DNA of 62,794 nt, counting the filler, from Basidiobolus ranarum (Eukaryota): NCBI GenBank assembly GCA_040143965.1. It is 35 parts of 35 records of this genome, joined end to end, with 100 filler letters (N's around TTAATTAATTAA, not from the genome) between each part and the next. Parts side by side here need not be neighbours in the genome. Positions count along the whole stretch, not along the records: positions 46,775 to 48,467 come from JASJQH010011418.1; positions 48,568 to 50,259 come from JASJQH010011419.1; positions 50,360 to 52,051 come from JASJQH010011420.1; positions 52,152 to 53,843 come from JASJQH010011421.1; positions 53,944 to 55,634 come from JASJQH010011422.1; positions 55,735 to 57,425 come from JASJQH010011423.1; positions 57,526 to 59,215 come from JASJQH010011424.1; positions 59,316 to 61,005 come from JASJQH010011425.1; 27 more parts are not named here. The stretch is one strand, 5' to 3'. Made by a program: the position numbers and the translations under genes. The notes under the pieces were generated by a model. The model saw only the letters and a program-made list of their open reading frames with translations. It had not been told where the DNA came from and did not search any database. Shown piece by piece: positions 47,375 to 61,107 of the stretch; position 1 is the first letter of the stretch; every line of letters starts with the position of its first letter.

Positions 47375-48467
47375 CATCATTCTCAGGTCTTGTATCATTG
47401 TTGAGTGACTTTTTGAATGTTGACTAGTTGCTTACAAATGCTGCATTATTGTGATATTGTGGCATTAATTCTGATCAGGGCCTGTGTAGCAACTTTGTAG
47501 ATTTTATATATGATTGCTTACAAATCATTATGCTGTTCTGCCTGCAATTCCCTTGTTGTAATAATTCTATTCAAAAATTTTATGGACGGTTGTTCAAAAG
47601 TAGGTGAAGTAGCCATTTTGGAAGTGAATGGTCCTGATGTTTTTTTGGTTCAACCTTGCTCAACTATTGAAATCCTATGTATTTGGGGGATTTCAATCTC
47701 TTCACTTGCACTATTGCTGGAAAGGAACACATCTGGTAAATTGATTAAAGCTACATGATTACTTGTGTCAGTTTCTGGCATGCTAATGCCTTCCAAAGTA
47801 GATAGTAGACTGCTAGACTGCTCATCAATCAAGTCATCTGTTCATGCTGGTTTTTCTCCTTTTGTGCCAGCAGACTTAAGCTTTGAAGCCAATTTTAATT
47901 TAGATTTTGAATTCTTTTTCAATGGCATTAAAATTTTCAGATGTTAAACTTGGTGTAATGAAATTGCTTAGAAACAGCTTATATTAAACCAAAATTGCCA
48001 TCCATTACTGGAAGTATCCTATAAATCCCCTAATGACTCATCTGTGACACCATCTCAGAATCAGCTGATGATTTTGATGGGCTATACCTAAAATGAGACC
48101 TATATGCCAGAGGTGTTCTTTTTTCCACAATATTATTCCTAGGCCACAACACAAGCATTTAAAGAAGCCCTGCTATTACTGTTACAAATTCTTGTGCTAT
48201 TAAGGCCAGAGGCTTCATAGAAAGAATAGCCACAAGCATGGTCACTGTACAAAGCCACCAGCTGCACAAAGCATGGTGGATATCAACAGTAACAAGTGCA
48301 CAAAATCAGCTTTAGTTTTACCCACTGAGTCCACTGACTGTACTTTGCCTCAAAGTCTTGGTAACACTGCCAAAAGTCAACATACAATGGGGCTACCACA
48401 GTCATATGACCCAAATGATGAGATAGAAAAGCAACATTTGTCAATCCAATAAGTCCAGCCAACTTTG
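47375..48467. mobile_element. CACTA central region (ORF2 minus, ATG 47928; transposase plus, start mutated to AGG at 48141)
   Basis: Reverse-complement homolog of 10940-12030. Confidence 0.87.
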
Positions 48468-48567
48468 NNNNNNNNNNNNNNNNNNNNNNNNNNNNNNNNN
48501 NNNNNNNNNNNTTAATTAATTAANNNNNNNNNNNNNNNNNNNNNNNNNNNNNNNNNNNNNNNNNNNN

Positions 48568-50065
48568 AGTTTTGGATTTGTAAATATTCAAGTGCAATCT
48601 TGAAAAGAGTTCTGCCTGATAAGTATTGGCAACATTGGGAGTTGTTTGTGGATATTGCTAACATATTCTTACAGCATCAACTCACATTGGCAGATCTCAG
48701 GCAGATACAACAACTGTGCAAAGATCTTGTAAAGGGATATGAAAAACTTTATTACAGGTTTAAAGAAGATATACTGAATCTATGCCAGTATTCAATACAT
48801 TCCCAGCTGCATCTTTCACAATGCTTAGAGATTATAGGCCCTTGCCATACATTCTGGGAGTTCCCAATGGAGCACACCTGTGGTGAAATGATGCTTCATG
48901 TGAAATTGTTAGTATTATCATATGCTGATTGGATTAACAATGTATCAGCAGAATCAGTGATGGATGTAATGTGATGGGTTAAGGAGACTCAAGAGTATAT
49001 TAACCTTCCAACAATGGGCTCTTTTCAATGTGCGCATGGGTTTTTGCATTGTTTGAGCACATTAACAGCAACAAAGCCCAATCCATGGACACAAAGTACC
49101 TCTATAATTTGGACTAATTTGTTTGTGTGATGATCTGATGGTATTTTTAGGAAAGCTGCAAGACAGACTTGTTGGTAAGATAGATCAAGATATGCAGTAT
49201 TATTGTTTAGCCATGGGGTAATATATTTAAGCAATGACATCTCTACTTGTGGCAGGACATTTGTTGACTGCAAGTCAGGAATTTATTTGCTGAATTCTTT
49301 CTGGAAATTTGCCAAAATCCAAGAGCTTATTCTCTTTGTGAATGGAATCAAGAATCAGCTATTTGCCAAGTGTCAGTGCTATTTGAAATCTCAGATATTT
49401 AGCAATTCTTCCAACACTTGTTTGCTGGTAAAGCATATTGCTGTTGTTGAGACATGTCTAATCAGTCAAGTATGTGCATATGTAGAGACTGAACACAACA
49501 AGATTCTTGTTTTTTTTTATACTCTTTATGGCTGGAATACAAAGTCTAAAATATCTAAATAAAGGCATGCATATTAATTTAAATTCCTACAGCAGTAAAC
49601 CCAGTAATTTGCCATTTGAAAATTAGATTTTTGCATAAAATGCTGGATATTGAATAACACTTGCCAAATTTGAGGATCAATATTTTAACATGTATTAATG
49701 CCATGAAAATACCATCTAGAAACTGTCATCACACCATCAAAATCTATGGCAGAATGCAAGCCACCAATATTGTGACGGTTCTCTCAAGGTTTTGCTCTTT
49801 TGGAGGGTGGATCCAATCCAGATCAAAATCCATTTTATTTTTGTTAGGGAGCCCAATCCATGGACATAGAGTAAGTACATCTAGAATTTGGTCTAATTTG
49901 TTTGTGCAATAATCTGATGGTATTTCTGGAAAGCAACAAGACAGACTTCTTGGTGAGATAGCTGGATGTATGCTGTATTATTGTTTTAGCCATGGGGTAA
50001 TCTATTCAAGCAAAGGCACATCTACTTTTGCAGGACATATATTGACTGTAAGTTAGGGATATATT
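48568..50065 (+). mobile_element. CACTA transposase C-terminal half to terminus A (49849), then another transposase fragment
   Basis: WQHWELFVD..GYEKLYY..IHSQLHL..GPCHTFWEFPMEHTCG; ends TTTTTGTTAGGG. Confidence 0.9.
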
Positions 50066-50259
50066 TGTTGGAGGATCTTGACATAATGGGGTAGACTTTG
50101 AGTATTAGAAGCAACTTATGATAGTGTGTTTTAGTTACTTTATTCTTTAGAGTATATGGTGACTTATATAGTAGAAAAGTAAATCAATTGTTTGAGATAT
50201 TCAGGAGTTTGTGTAATAAGATATAATAGATAAGTGGGGGTAATAAGACATACTTGTTA
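50066..50259. mobile_element. Copia LTR-B, truncated by contig end
   Basis: TGTTGGAGGATCTTGACATAATGGGG, as at 15708 and 40514. Confidence 0.9.
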
Positions 50260-50359
50260 NNNNNNNNNNNNNNNNNNNNNNNNNNNNNNNNNNNNNNNNN
50301 NNNTTAATTAATTAANNNNNNNNNNNNNNNNNNNNNNNNNNNNNNNNNNNNNNNNNNNN

Positions 50360-52051
50360 ATAGTAAATTCTTCCTTGACTGAGTTTGGTCATTCTTAGCA
50401 GTCCAAAGGGAGGCTGTAGTCCAAACATGTCTCTTGAGGTTTTATCAAAAGGTCTTTGGTTAAATCCTGAGTATAAATCATAGGTTGAACATATGGAAGC
50501 TCCTGCAATGATCATGCCAAACTCATCAATTACAGGAGGTAATGCAGCATCTGTGATTGTAACTGCATCGGCTGGTTACATGTATGAGTCTCAACTTGTC
50601 ATTCTTCTTCTTTGTGACAAACCAGTGGCTGGCATCAGGTCCATAGTATGGTTCTAGAGTTCCAGCTTTAACTATACTCTTTAGAAGTGCATGCACATCA
50701 GGTTACAGGCCTTTTGGTAGTGGGTAAGGTTTATAAGACTATGGTGTGTTCTATGGTGTGATATTTATTGGTTTATCAACTGATGTCAATGGTAGTCCAA
50801 CTACTTGGTAATTGTATGGCTGTGCTCTGTCATCTCTAACAAGCATACCGCTACATAGTTTAGCTTCTTGAGGGCTGATATGGCCATTGCCAATCTTGAC
50901 AGTAGCAAGTTGCTCAGAGTTAATCTGATGCTTATGTTGTTTTCTGGTGGCTCTCTTTTCTGATTGGCTGGTCTGGTTCCATCAATAATGCTTCAAAGGA
51001 AGGTTTAACTTTAGTAGTAACTGTGTAGTACTTAGTCCCAACAATGGCTTGTTGTGCTATAGGTCTTAAAGCAGCTCCCCAAGCTAAGTTTGAGTTGGAT
51101 ATATAATGTGTTTGGTAGTTAGTATCTTTTTTGATGGTTCTTCTGCACTCAGTTTGAGCCCTAAGGTCATGAGCCAGTGCTCCACAAAAGTTGGCAAGTA
51201 ATCCTGGGTTGCATCCATAAATGGTGTACCAAACAGACCCATCAGGAAAATTCATGACCATTGCTCTTGCTTTTATCTCTCAAGGTTTTGAAGTAGTATG
51301 TTGAAGATGGCCTTCTGACAGATGCAAACAGGAATTGTGTGCTCTACTCCTTGTATGTTGATGGGAAGTTCATGAATGACTACTGACAGTAAATAGACTC
51401 CAGTGTTGGCATTATGCATATTCCAGGGTATATAGTATTCATTGGGAGCAAGCATTTGCATGGTAATGACTAATAGAAGTCCATTGGCATCATGCAAATA
51501 TCTGATCTACTCTGAATATGGTATTGTGTAAGGTCTTCATGAGTAGTTCCATCAATTATGATTGTAGCCACTGAGTTGTATGTAAATGTAAGTGTTGCCT
51601 GGTTTATCTTAGGAAGTGGCTCATCATGAGTTGTCTGTATAATTCTTGCAGAAGGTTAATATATAGGTTGTCTCCTAATATGTATGTTGTCATCTAGGTT
51701 CTTTCTGTCTATGGGTGAAATGGTAACAGGTACCCAAATTTTAATGGAGAGGCAAGAGTCTAAGATCCTGGTGGTAAGTGTCTCACAATCTGCCTTTGTG
51801 CCAATCTTGGATTGCATCTGATAGTTAGACTGTTGAGGTCTGACATTTCTGCCATTATAGTCAAGTAGGAACCCTATTGAGTGCAATTAGATCTCTCTGT
51901 TATCAAGTACTACATTTAATGCAGGGCCATCCTTTTTGTGATACTTGGTTGAGTCACACCATATACAATTAGATGGGTAGGAAAATTGACAGCTTCCTAC
52001 TTGGTAAGACATACTTTCTATCATTAAGATAAGATGTTCAGTTTCTTGCTA
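50360..52051 (-). mobile_element. Ty3/Gypsy gag-protease-RT remnant (fungal Ylt1-like type, tentative)
   Basis: DAALPPVIDEFG..DLYSGFNQ..SRD..PFGLLRMTKLSQG RT motifs; heavily decayed upstream. Confidence 0.75.
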
Positions 52052-52508
52052 NNNNNNNNNNNNNNNNNNNNNNNNNNNNNNNNNNNNNNNNNNNNTTAAT
52101 TAATTAANNNNNNNNNNNNNNNNNNNNNNNNNNNNNNNNNNNNNNNNNNNNAGATATAGCATTGTAGCAGGAAAGTATAGAGGAAAATCATTTTGTGGGC
52201 CTCAATCAAAGTTAGGCAAAGTAGTCAAAATCTTGATTAATTCTCAATACATCCATACTCAATGATATCCATTGAGAGCTCTAGACTTAAGACACTATGA
52301 ATAAAGCTTTGATTATCTTTTGAATGTGCAATAATGTCTAAAAGTACTTTTCTCAAATATACCACATAAGTAAAATAAACTGTTTCCAAAACGGTAAATA
52401 ACATTGTGCCGGATAGCGCCCAAACATGCCAATTTGTGCTGGCACACTTTTTAGCTGGCCTGATCTGGCTCAATAAAATGGAACAAGTCTTATTTAGTTG
52501 AGGGAGAT

Positions 52509-52850
52509 TGTTGAAATTTGCATTGCCTTAACACCTATATAGTCATATATAGCTTAGTACTCAGTTATCTTATAATTCACTAAGATATTATCAATTATTC
52601 TCAATTGCAATTTACTTAGAATATTTTTACCAACTTAGAAGTTCTCATATATGTGATTTTTCAAACTTGTGCTAGAAGCCCCAAACTTTGCACACATATT
52701 CCTGGGAACTTCCTTAACACATTCTACATGTTAGTTTGTTTACATCTTGATAAAACTCTAAATGTCAACTTTCTACTCATGATTCAATAAATGAATACCA
52801 CCTATAACTCTAATTCTCCAAACCACTTCCAACAGGCTCCCAAATACTTT
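52509..52850 (+). mobile_element. Probable LTR (LTR-E) preceded by PPT GAGGGAGA
   Basis: TGTTGAAAT start after a purine tract; 3' part repeated at 39245-39390. Confidence 0.55.
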
Positions 52851-53213
52851 AGCATAATCAAGGTCAACATTTAATAGCAAGTCCTCAAAGTTGTCTGGAC
52901 TAACTGGTTAAACCAAAGTAGTATCTCTGCCTACATCATTCTGGTCATATAACTGTGGCAACTGCATGATATCTTGACTTTTAACAGTGTTCCCAAAACT
53001 CTGAGGCAAAGTACAGTCAGTGGTCACAGTGAGCAAAATGAAAGTAGTTTTTGTGCACTGATTACTGGTGATATTTACCAGGCTTTGTGCAGCTGGTAGC
53101 TTTGTACATTGACCATGCTTTTAATTTTTTTTCTATGAAGCCTCCAGCTTTCATAGCACAAGATATTGTGACAATAACAGCAGGGCTTCAGTTAGTATTT
53201 GTGTTGTGGTATG
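52851..53213 (-). mobile_element. CACTA transposase N-terminal fragment
   Basis: Homologous to 10905-11265. Confidence 0.83.
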
Positions 53214-53222
53214 AGTAGCTAT

Positions 53223-53843
53223 TTACATAATTTCATCATTCTCACTCAACACATTATTTTGTGTTTCTCCTAAACCTAACTTATATCGTAATGATTCAAA
53301 TTGTGCTTTAGCTAAAGGTTTAGGTAAGATGTCAGCAATCATTTCTTCAGTAGGGCAATAGACAAGGTCAATTATATCATTTTCTATTGCTTCTCTAACA
53401 AAATGCCTAATATCTATATGTAGTTCAAAAATTTGCTTTTCATCAAAAATCACATCTCTGCACTTGATTAACTTCTGCTTTTTGGTATCCAACAGTCAGT
53501 AGGACTTGGATCCATTACAGTAATCAAGAAATATCAAACTTTGTGCTTTTGAGTTCCAGTTTAGAGCAATTTTAAGCTGGAATTAGGCAATATGCTGTGC
53601 AACCAAAGATCCTGTGATGATCCATACTTGACTTTGATTCATTCAGGTCTTCAAATGGAGTAAAACTTTGCAGCAATCTTGTAGGACATCTGTTTTTGAC
53701 ATAGACTGCAGTAGAGACAGATTCAGCCTAATATTGGTAATCTAACTTTTGATCATGTGACATTGTTCTTACCATCTACACTATGGTCCTATTAGCATGT
53801 TCTGCAACACCATTTTGCTGTGGAGTATATGGTACAGTAGTTT
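53223..53843 (-). mobile_element. Copia integrase fused by deletion to the RNase H end
   Basis: PQQNGVAE.. and CRDVIFDE join directly to HIDIRHFVRE..IADILPKPL. Confidence 0.87.
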
Positions 53844-53943
53844 NNNNNNNNNNNNNNNNNNNNNNNNNNNNNNNNNNNNNNNNNNNNTTAATTAATTAAN
53901 NNNNNNNNNNNNNNNNNNNNNNNNNNNNNNNNNNNNNNNNNNN

Positions 53944-55087
53944 TTGGGCTTTGTTGCTGTTATTGTGCTCAAACAATGCGAAAACCCATGAGCACATTGA
54001 AAAGAGCCCTTTGTTGGCAGGTTAATATACTCTGGAGTCTCCTTAACCCATTGCATTACATCCATCACTGATTTTGCTGATACATTGTTAATCAGATTAG
54101 CATACAGTAATACTGACAATTTCACACAGAGCATCATTTCACTGCAGGTGCGCTCCATTGGGAACTCCCAGAATGTATAGCAAGGGCCTATAATCTCTAA
54201 GCATTGTGAAAGATGCAGCAGGAAATGTATTGAATACCAGCATAGACTCAGTCTCTCTTCTTTAAACCTGTAATAAAGTTTTTCATATCCAATTACAAAA
54301 TCTTTGACAGTCACTGTATCTGCCTGAGATCTGCTAACATGAGTTGATGCTGTAAGAATATATAGATAATATTGACAAACAACTCTCAATGTTGCCAATA
54401 CTTATCAGGCATAAGTCTTTTCAAAATTCCACCTGAATATATATGCATACAATTATTCCAGTCTTTGCATTTGAATAAGTGCCTAGATGAGTGGATACTG
54501 ATAAGAGTCCTGGTAAAAGATGATGGTATCTTGACATTTTCAAGCATTTTCCCAATCAATTCAAACTTTGATCCTATCTCAAATGGCTCTTTCATATTGA
54601 ATTTTCCACTATATAGCTGAGTAAGTAGTATTGGAATGTTGTTGAATAGTCAGTGCATGGTGCCTAATGGGAAGCTTTGGCTCCAGCTGATCCCCTTTAG
54701 CAATATAATTTTAGGCTTACAGCTAATACCAAGTTTGATGTTAGACTGACTATTTGGTTAAATGATATCAGTGATCATGTTGAAATCTGACTGGGCTCTT
54801 GATGGTAAAATCATGAAGTTTAGTGTTGTATTTGGATAGTAGTAATGTGTATGCCTGTTAGAGTAAACTCCATTGATTTGACAAAATCTACAGCAAGATA
54901 GTGCGTTGTGCCTGCAAAAACCTCCAAGTTTACTGATGGCAGGAGTGTCACCAGTACATACAATGATATTAGCTTTAATAAAATATTCACCCATCTGAAC
55001 TCCATTAGATAACCGTTCAAATTCCACAAGGATTTAAAGTCATATGATTAACAAGTGTTTTCCACTTGTACCAAGTCTGTGGCAAGC
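53944..55087 (-). mobile_element. CACTA transposase fragment
   Basis: GDTPAISKLGGFCRHNALSCCRFC and GPCYTFWEFPMERTC. Confidence 0.92.
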
Positions 55088-55294
55088 ATTTATACATTTT
55101 GGAGGAAATACAGAAAACTAACTCTGGGGTTGTGTTCAGAACATCTGTGGGAGTAAAATGATCTATCTCTGGGGCAATTTGGACAAGTTTGAAATTTCCA
55201 ATATGGAATTGCTAATCCTCACATCATTCACATAGATATATATAATATATGTTGCAATTTTTGGCCAAGTGATATTTGACTAAATAATGTTAAC
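55088..55294 (-). mobile_element. Copia LTR-C fragment
   Basis: Matches 20908-21113. Confidence 0.83.
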
Positions 55295-55369
55295 TTATAT
55301 GTGATAAATGAAGTAGTTAGGTGTATAAAGATAGATATAACAAATATGATAAAGTCAATAAACTTCAAC

Positions 55370-55634
55370 AAACTACTCAACAGTTAGAGAGTCACTCATC
55401 AATAATACTAGATCTTCAGAATGCTGTACTTGAGCTTCAGAAACATGATGCTCCATCCATCCATTCTCATATGGGATTTTAAATAATCCCACACCATACA
55501 TATTAAGAGTGCTAAATCCAGAGGTTTATCCAACACCTGGCACCTCTCAACAAGCTAAAACACCAGCAAATAAAACTCACAGCTCTCCAACCTCAACTGG
55601 TACTTTTCAAAGTGTTGAAATTAGTCCCAAAGGT
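55370..55634 (+). mobile_element. CACTA ORF2 deletion derivative
   Basis: The DLQNAVLELQ segment (cf. 12190-12290) is fused to VLNPEVYPTPGTSQQAKTPANK (cf. 2055-2185). Confidence 0.75.
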
Positions 55635-55734
55635 NNNNNNNNNNNNNNNNNNNNNNNNNNNNNNNNNNNNNNNNNNNNTTAATTAATTAANNNNNNNNNN
55701 NNNNNNNNNNNNNNNNNNNNNNNNNNNNNNNNNN

Positions 55735-57425
55735 TTCACCGCAGGTGCGCTCCATTGGGAACTCCCAGAATGTATAGCAAGGGCCTATAATCTCTAAGCA
55801 TTGTGAAAGATACAGCAGGGAATGTATTGAATACTGGCATTGATTTAGTCTATCTTCTTTAAACCTGTAATAAAGTTTTTCCTATCCAATTACAAAATCT
55901 TTGCACTGTTGCTGTATCTGCCTGGGATCTGCCAATGTGAGTTGATGCTGTAAGAACATGTTAACAATATCTACAAGCAACTCCCAATGTTGCCAATACT
56001 TATCAGGCAGAAATCTTTTCAAAATTCCACTTTAGTATATACAAATCCAATACTGCCAGTCTTTGCATTTGAATAAATACCTAGATGAGTGGATATTGAT
56101 GGGAGTCCTGGTAAAACATGATGGTATCTTGATGTTTTCAAGCATTTACCCAATCCATTCAAACTTTGATCCTATCTCAAATGGCTCATTCATATTGAAT
56201 TTTCTACTATATAACTGAGTAAGTAGTGTCAGAATGTGGTTAAATAGTAAGTGCATAGTGCCTAATGGGAAGCTCTGGCTGCAGCTGATCCCCTATAGCA
56301 ATATAATCTTAGGCTTATGGCAAATACCAAGTTTGCTGTTAGACTGAGTATTTGGTGAAGATAGCAGTGATCATGTTGAACTCTGGCCAAGCTCTTTATG
56401 GTAAAATCATGAAGTTTAATGTTGTATTTAGATAGTAGTAATGCATTTGTCTGTCAGAGTAAACTCCATTGATTTGATAAAATCTACAGCAAGCTAGAGC
56501 ATCATTCCTGCAAAACCTCCAAGTTTACTGATGGCAGGAGTGTTACCAATACATACAATGATATTAGCTTTAATAAATTATTCACCCATCTGAACCCCAT
56601 TTGATAATCATTCAAATTCCGCAATCAAAGGCTCCTGGAAGCTATCAATAAGCGCTGTTGATTTAGGTCCAAATATGATACATAGTATGAAAATATTTTG
56701 ACTCTTAAACTGTTAAGAAGGAGGAAGATTCAAGTTGATTAAAATTATTGGCCAGCAAGCCTATCCAACAGTATATTAATTGGTGAGAAACCATCCAGAG
56801 TCAATGCAAATGCATGATCATATGTGTCCTCAAAGAAACCTTGACTTTTCAGATTCTGGTATTTATATCCATCAAGTATATGAGTAATACCATCAGCATT
56901 ATGGTAGGTACCTTGGTATTGGATCAATAATCTATATTTGGGTTGTTTCATCAAAACTTTAAAACAAGGAATCAATGATTTGTAAGCCAAATATGAACAA
57001 TATTTACCTGATTCACTGATTGCCAATTGTGTGCAAACAGTACATGACTTCAGGTTTTTCAGATCACTGGTGCAAGCCAAACAACCACTTGGACATGAAG
57101 GTAGTTTAATTACTGAAGGATTATAAGTCATACAATTGACCAGTGGTTTCCACTGGTACCAGGTCTGTAGCAAGCAACAGTTGCCAATCAGCTGTGGCAA
57201 AAGTGAAAGAAAACCAATAAACACCTGGTTGCTAAGATTGGATTGAACTATCTACTCCTCAGTTATAAAAGCTGCTTCCTTTACAGTATGTATTATGAGT
57301 GCACTAATAATTGCTAATAACAAACAGTCCATAACAAAACCATCATCTTCTTCTTCAACTTCTGATATACTACCATCAGTACTGGAATAACCAAGGTCAA
57401 TATCTAGCAGCAAGTCCTCAAAGTT
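55735..57425 (-). mobile_element. CACTA transposase, long central fragment with stops
   Basis: SCPSGCLAC..CTVC, FALTLDGFSP, NLNLPP through WEFPMER; bridges the N- and C-terminal pieces. Confidence 0.93.
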
Positions 57426-57525
57426 NNNNNNNNNNNNNNNNNNNNNNNNNNNNNNNNNNNNNNNNNNNNTTAATTAATTAANNNNNNNNNNNNNNNNNNN
57501 NNNNNNNNNNNNNNNNNNNNNNNNN

Positions 57526-58066
57526 CTGATTTATCTATTCCCTGTGCATCGTTACTCTCATTATTGGATCCTGAACCTATTGTTTGAGGCGACAAAGCCT
57601 CGTCAGAGCTAGAATCTTCCATTGGTGATGTTGGAGAAATTTCCAACCCACTCTCAGAGTCCTGCGGTACATCATACATTCCTTGTGGAATATTGCTACT
57701 TCCAGTTGACCCCATATCTTCAACCTCTCCTTGCTCAGATTTTACACCACTACCCTCTACATCAAAGCTAGGGCCGGGCTGAAACTGTACGTCAGAATAT
57801 CCTTGGCCATTAATATTCGCATTGTTCAAGTTATCGTGCTTTCTGGTAACGGTGGTGAACACTTGCTTGAGTAGAGGAACCGACTCGGATTCGGCTTGAA
57901 CACTTGCTGGCTGCTGAGCAGAGGAAGTTTGATCTTGACTATAGTCGGTTGATTCTTCTGGATACATTGCACTTCCATGACCATTAGAGTATCTACCCGA
58001 AGGAATGGCGCCTGATACTTTAACCAGTACAACCGAAGTGAGGAGTAAGCTAAGTTTAAGATGCAT
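57526..58066 (-). CDS. Secreted Ser/Gln/Glu/Gly-rich low-complexity protein, 3'-truncated
   Basis: Signal peptide MHLKLSLLLTSVVLVKVSGA; TATATATA about 35-40 nt upstream; 180 open codons to the contig end. Confidence 0.8.
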
Positions 58067-59315
58067 AGTTGTGATGTTCTTCTATGAATATACTCATTTG
58101 TATATATATTAGCAAAGACGGTTATATCAAACTTATAACATTGAGTTATTGATTAATATGATATTATCTATTAATTTATTAGCATATAGTTTGATCTTAC
58201 ACTAACCTACCAAGTACTTGGTTTTCATAAATATCAGTGCGAGATTGACGGTAGTACGGATGGTAGCATTGACAGAATGACTCGTGTTACGCTTATTCAA
58301 GTGTATTACTCAAAGATTGCACACAAGAATGTCACACCTTCACGTTGATACTATCTTCATTGTTGGTAGTAAATGCATATCCGAATATGAAAAGATCTTG
58401 ATGACTATGTGAGAGATCTGGCTGCAGACTAGGTTAAGTCGTTTTATATATTCCGGATGATAAGTAAAAGAAATACTGAAGTATTTATTGAATGCCCTCT
58501 TACTTTGCCGGATTGGAGGGTTATATTGTCGCACTTGAAGAAGCTCGCTATCCTTTGAATATATAGATAACATGGTTGGGACAAGACGAGTATGAATCTC
58601 ATTACTATGTAGAAGAAATCGATAGAATTGTTTATGATTTGGAGCTTTAGATGGTTTATTGCTTCATGCCTGGAATTAATGAATACAAGGTGATTATTTG
58701 ATGAGGGAAAATCTATTAGTAAGTCACAAATCATATTTGAAATTACACCCAAGACCTTTGATCAGACATAGTGGATATGCTCACATAGGTTAGAAGCACA
58801 CAATTGTGAAAACTGGCCAGTTTTGTGTGCCAAAGATTGATTAAACATGATTTTTGACAGCCCTGATACACTGGTCTCATAACAAGGCTCAATAAATGGG
58901 GCAAATAGGTAAAGTTCTTAAATACAAATAAATTTTATAAGTTTCCAGGAATTTGAACTCAAAAAGTAAGAAATACAGCTCGCTCACTATTTCAGATATC
59001 TTGGACAAGACAATCAGCTTCTGCCCCAGAAAATTTTTAGCACAAGCCTACTCTGATCCTTACCACCATTTGTTTAATATATCAATTTCTATCACTTGGA
59101 CTTCAATATCAGTTAAGCTTAGAAATTATCAAATCATCAACCATAATCCACAATTAACAGGCATATAAAATTTAAATACATCACAATATGGCTGTATCTG
59201 TCTATTTACTTATTANNNNNNNNNNNNNNNNNNNNNNNNNNNNNNNNNNNNNNNNNNNNTTAATTAATTAANNNNNNNNNNNNNNNNNNNNNNNNNNNNN
59301 NNNNNNNNNNNNNNN

Positions 59316-59432
59316 AATCTTGACGAGAACATCATCAGGTCCAGGAGTAGGGACGGAGATAGTCTTGATCTCAACGGGTTTCTCGTGAGATTCAATGACG
59401 GCAGCCTTTTGAGTCTTAGGAATTTGACACAT
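59316..59432 (-). CDS. ADH: Zn-dependent alcohol dehydrogenase N-terminus (not in ORF track)
   Basis: MCQIPKTQKAAVIESHEKPVEIKTISVPTPGPDDVLVKI is a yeast Adh1-like start; TATA-like run near 59476-59483. Confidence 0.93.
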
Positions 59433-60716
59433 GTTTACAATGATTGTACTGATTTTACGTGTTCGACTTCCTCTGTATATATATTATTTTTTAAATTGAT
59501 GCACCAACCTTGTAAATGGACCTAATGACTTGCAATCGAGTTAGAGAGCAAATCATATATTTTATCACAGGCCAGATGAACCTAGATGCTACTTATCTTA
59601 TTGTCACTTCCGATGTTGCCCATTTGTATCTAAAATCCAGAAAACGAGAAAACAATTGGAAGTCAATATAAAAATGATAACAACGTTTAGTTGATGGCCT
59701 ATTTTGGCTATCCCTAAAATGAATTTTCCAACGTTGGTGATCACTATTCCAATCTGTGCGATCTCGATTGAGAAGCTATAACCACAATTGGTCAGTCTTG
59801 AGAGCTCATGCTTTGATGGCATCCTGGGTAGATGATAATTTTCCAGTTCAGTGTGGAGGAACATGTTTAGATCATCTTTATTATAACAACTCGGCGAACG
59901 TTGAAAAATTGAAATATATAAGATGTTTACGAACGATACATTTGGCCTCAAATACAGCTCGGTTGACAAATATAGTTACAACTTTGTAAATTACTTTTAT
60001 TCTAGTCACTCAAATTGGTAATTTAGTGTATACCTTGTCATTACTATTTTGGGGTGCTACGCTATTTTCCTAGATCCAATATTTAGTGCTAACTTTTCTA
60101 TTTGTAAACTAGATTATACGCGTAAAGAGTTCACCGATCGAGCCGATAAACTCCACGTAAGCATTCAACAATCGAATTGTGATTCTAGACCGGTCTGTAA
60201 ATGCTGTAGCAACTAATGGAGTACCAGAGTTTGGGAATCTCTTCTGCGCATCATAGCCCACACCCCAGGCATAAACATGAGGCGCAGATAGGAAAATTAT
60301 TATGCATTTCAGTCGAAAGTGGCAGATGAGGATGACTCAGTCAGGTTTTCCTAAGCATAATGAGCTTATCTTCACGAAGAAAATATTTTCGAATTACGTG
60401 GTACAATATTTCCAATATTAAAATATAACAACCTCACCAAATGGTGAATTAACATCTATGACTTGAAAATTAATCCACAAATTGTCAATCGACTACAGGA
60501 AGATCCGAATAATTTTATGTACATCATTAGATTCCGATCAACGCACGAGCCATCTTAAGAATTGACGGTACTCGAATTATGTAGTCATGATGATCTACAC
60601 AATATGGATATGCATTTATTCTGCAATCATCATAATTGAGATTACACAAATAATTTAAAAATGTTGAAACTTTATTAAGTTGTCTACAGAAATTTACATA
60701 GTATTTGCAAGACCAT

Positions 60717-61005
60717 CTAATGGTTGTGCATATCAAGAACAATACGTCCAGCGATCTTTCCAGCGTGCATATCTTCATATACTTGAGGAATGGTTTCCAT
60801 ATCTTGAACCTTGTAGTGACACTTGACCTTACCACGAGCAGCAAAGTCGAGAGCCTCAGCAAGATCTTGACGGTTACCAACAATAGAACCACGAATGGTC
60901 AAACGTTGGAGAACAAGATCGAAGACAGGGAAAGTTCCCTTAGCACCAGCGGGAAGGGCAATGCAAGCAACAGTACCCCAACGACGAGTGTAGTCAACAG
61001 CTTGT
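60717..61005 (-). CDS. ADH: Zn-dependent alcohol dehydrogenase C-terminus (upstream tandem paralog)
   Basis: QAVDYTRRWGTVACIALP..IRGSIVGNRQDLAEALDFAARGKV..GKIAGRIVLD*. Confidence 0.96.
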
Positions 61006-61107
61006 NNNNNNNNNNNNNNNNNNNNNNNNNNNNNNNNNNNNNNNNNNNNTTAATTAATTAANNNNNNNNNNNNNNNNNNNNNNNNNNNNNNNNNNNNNNN
61101 NNNNNGA

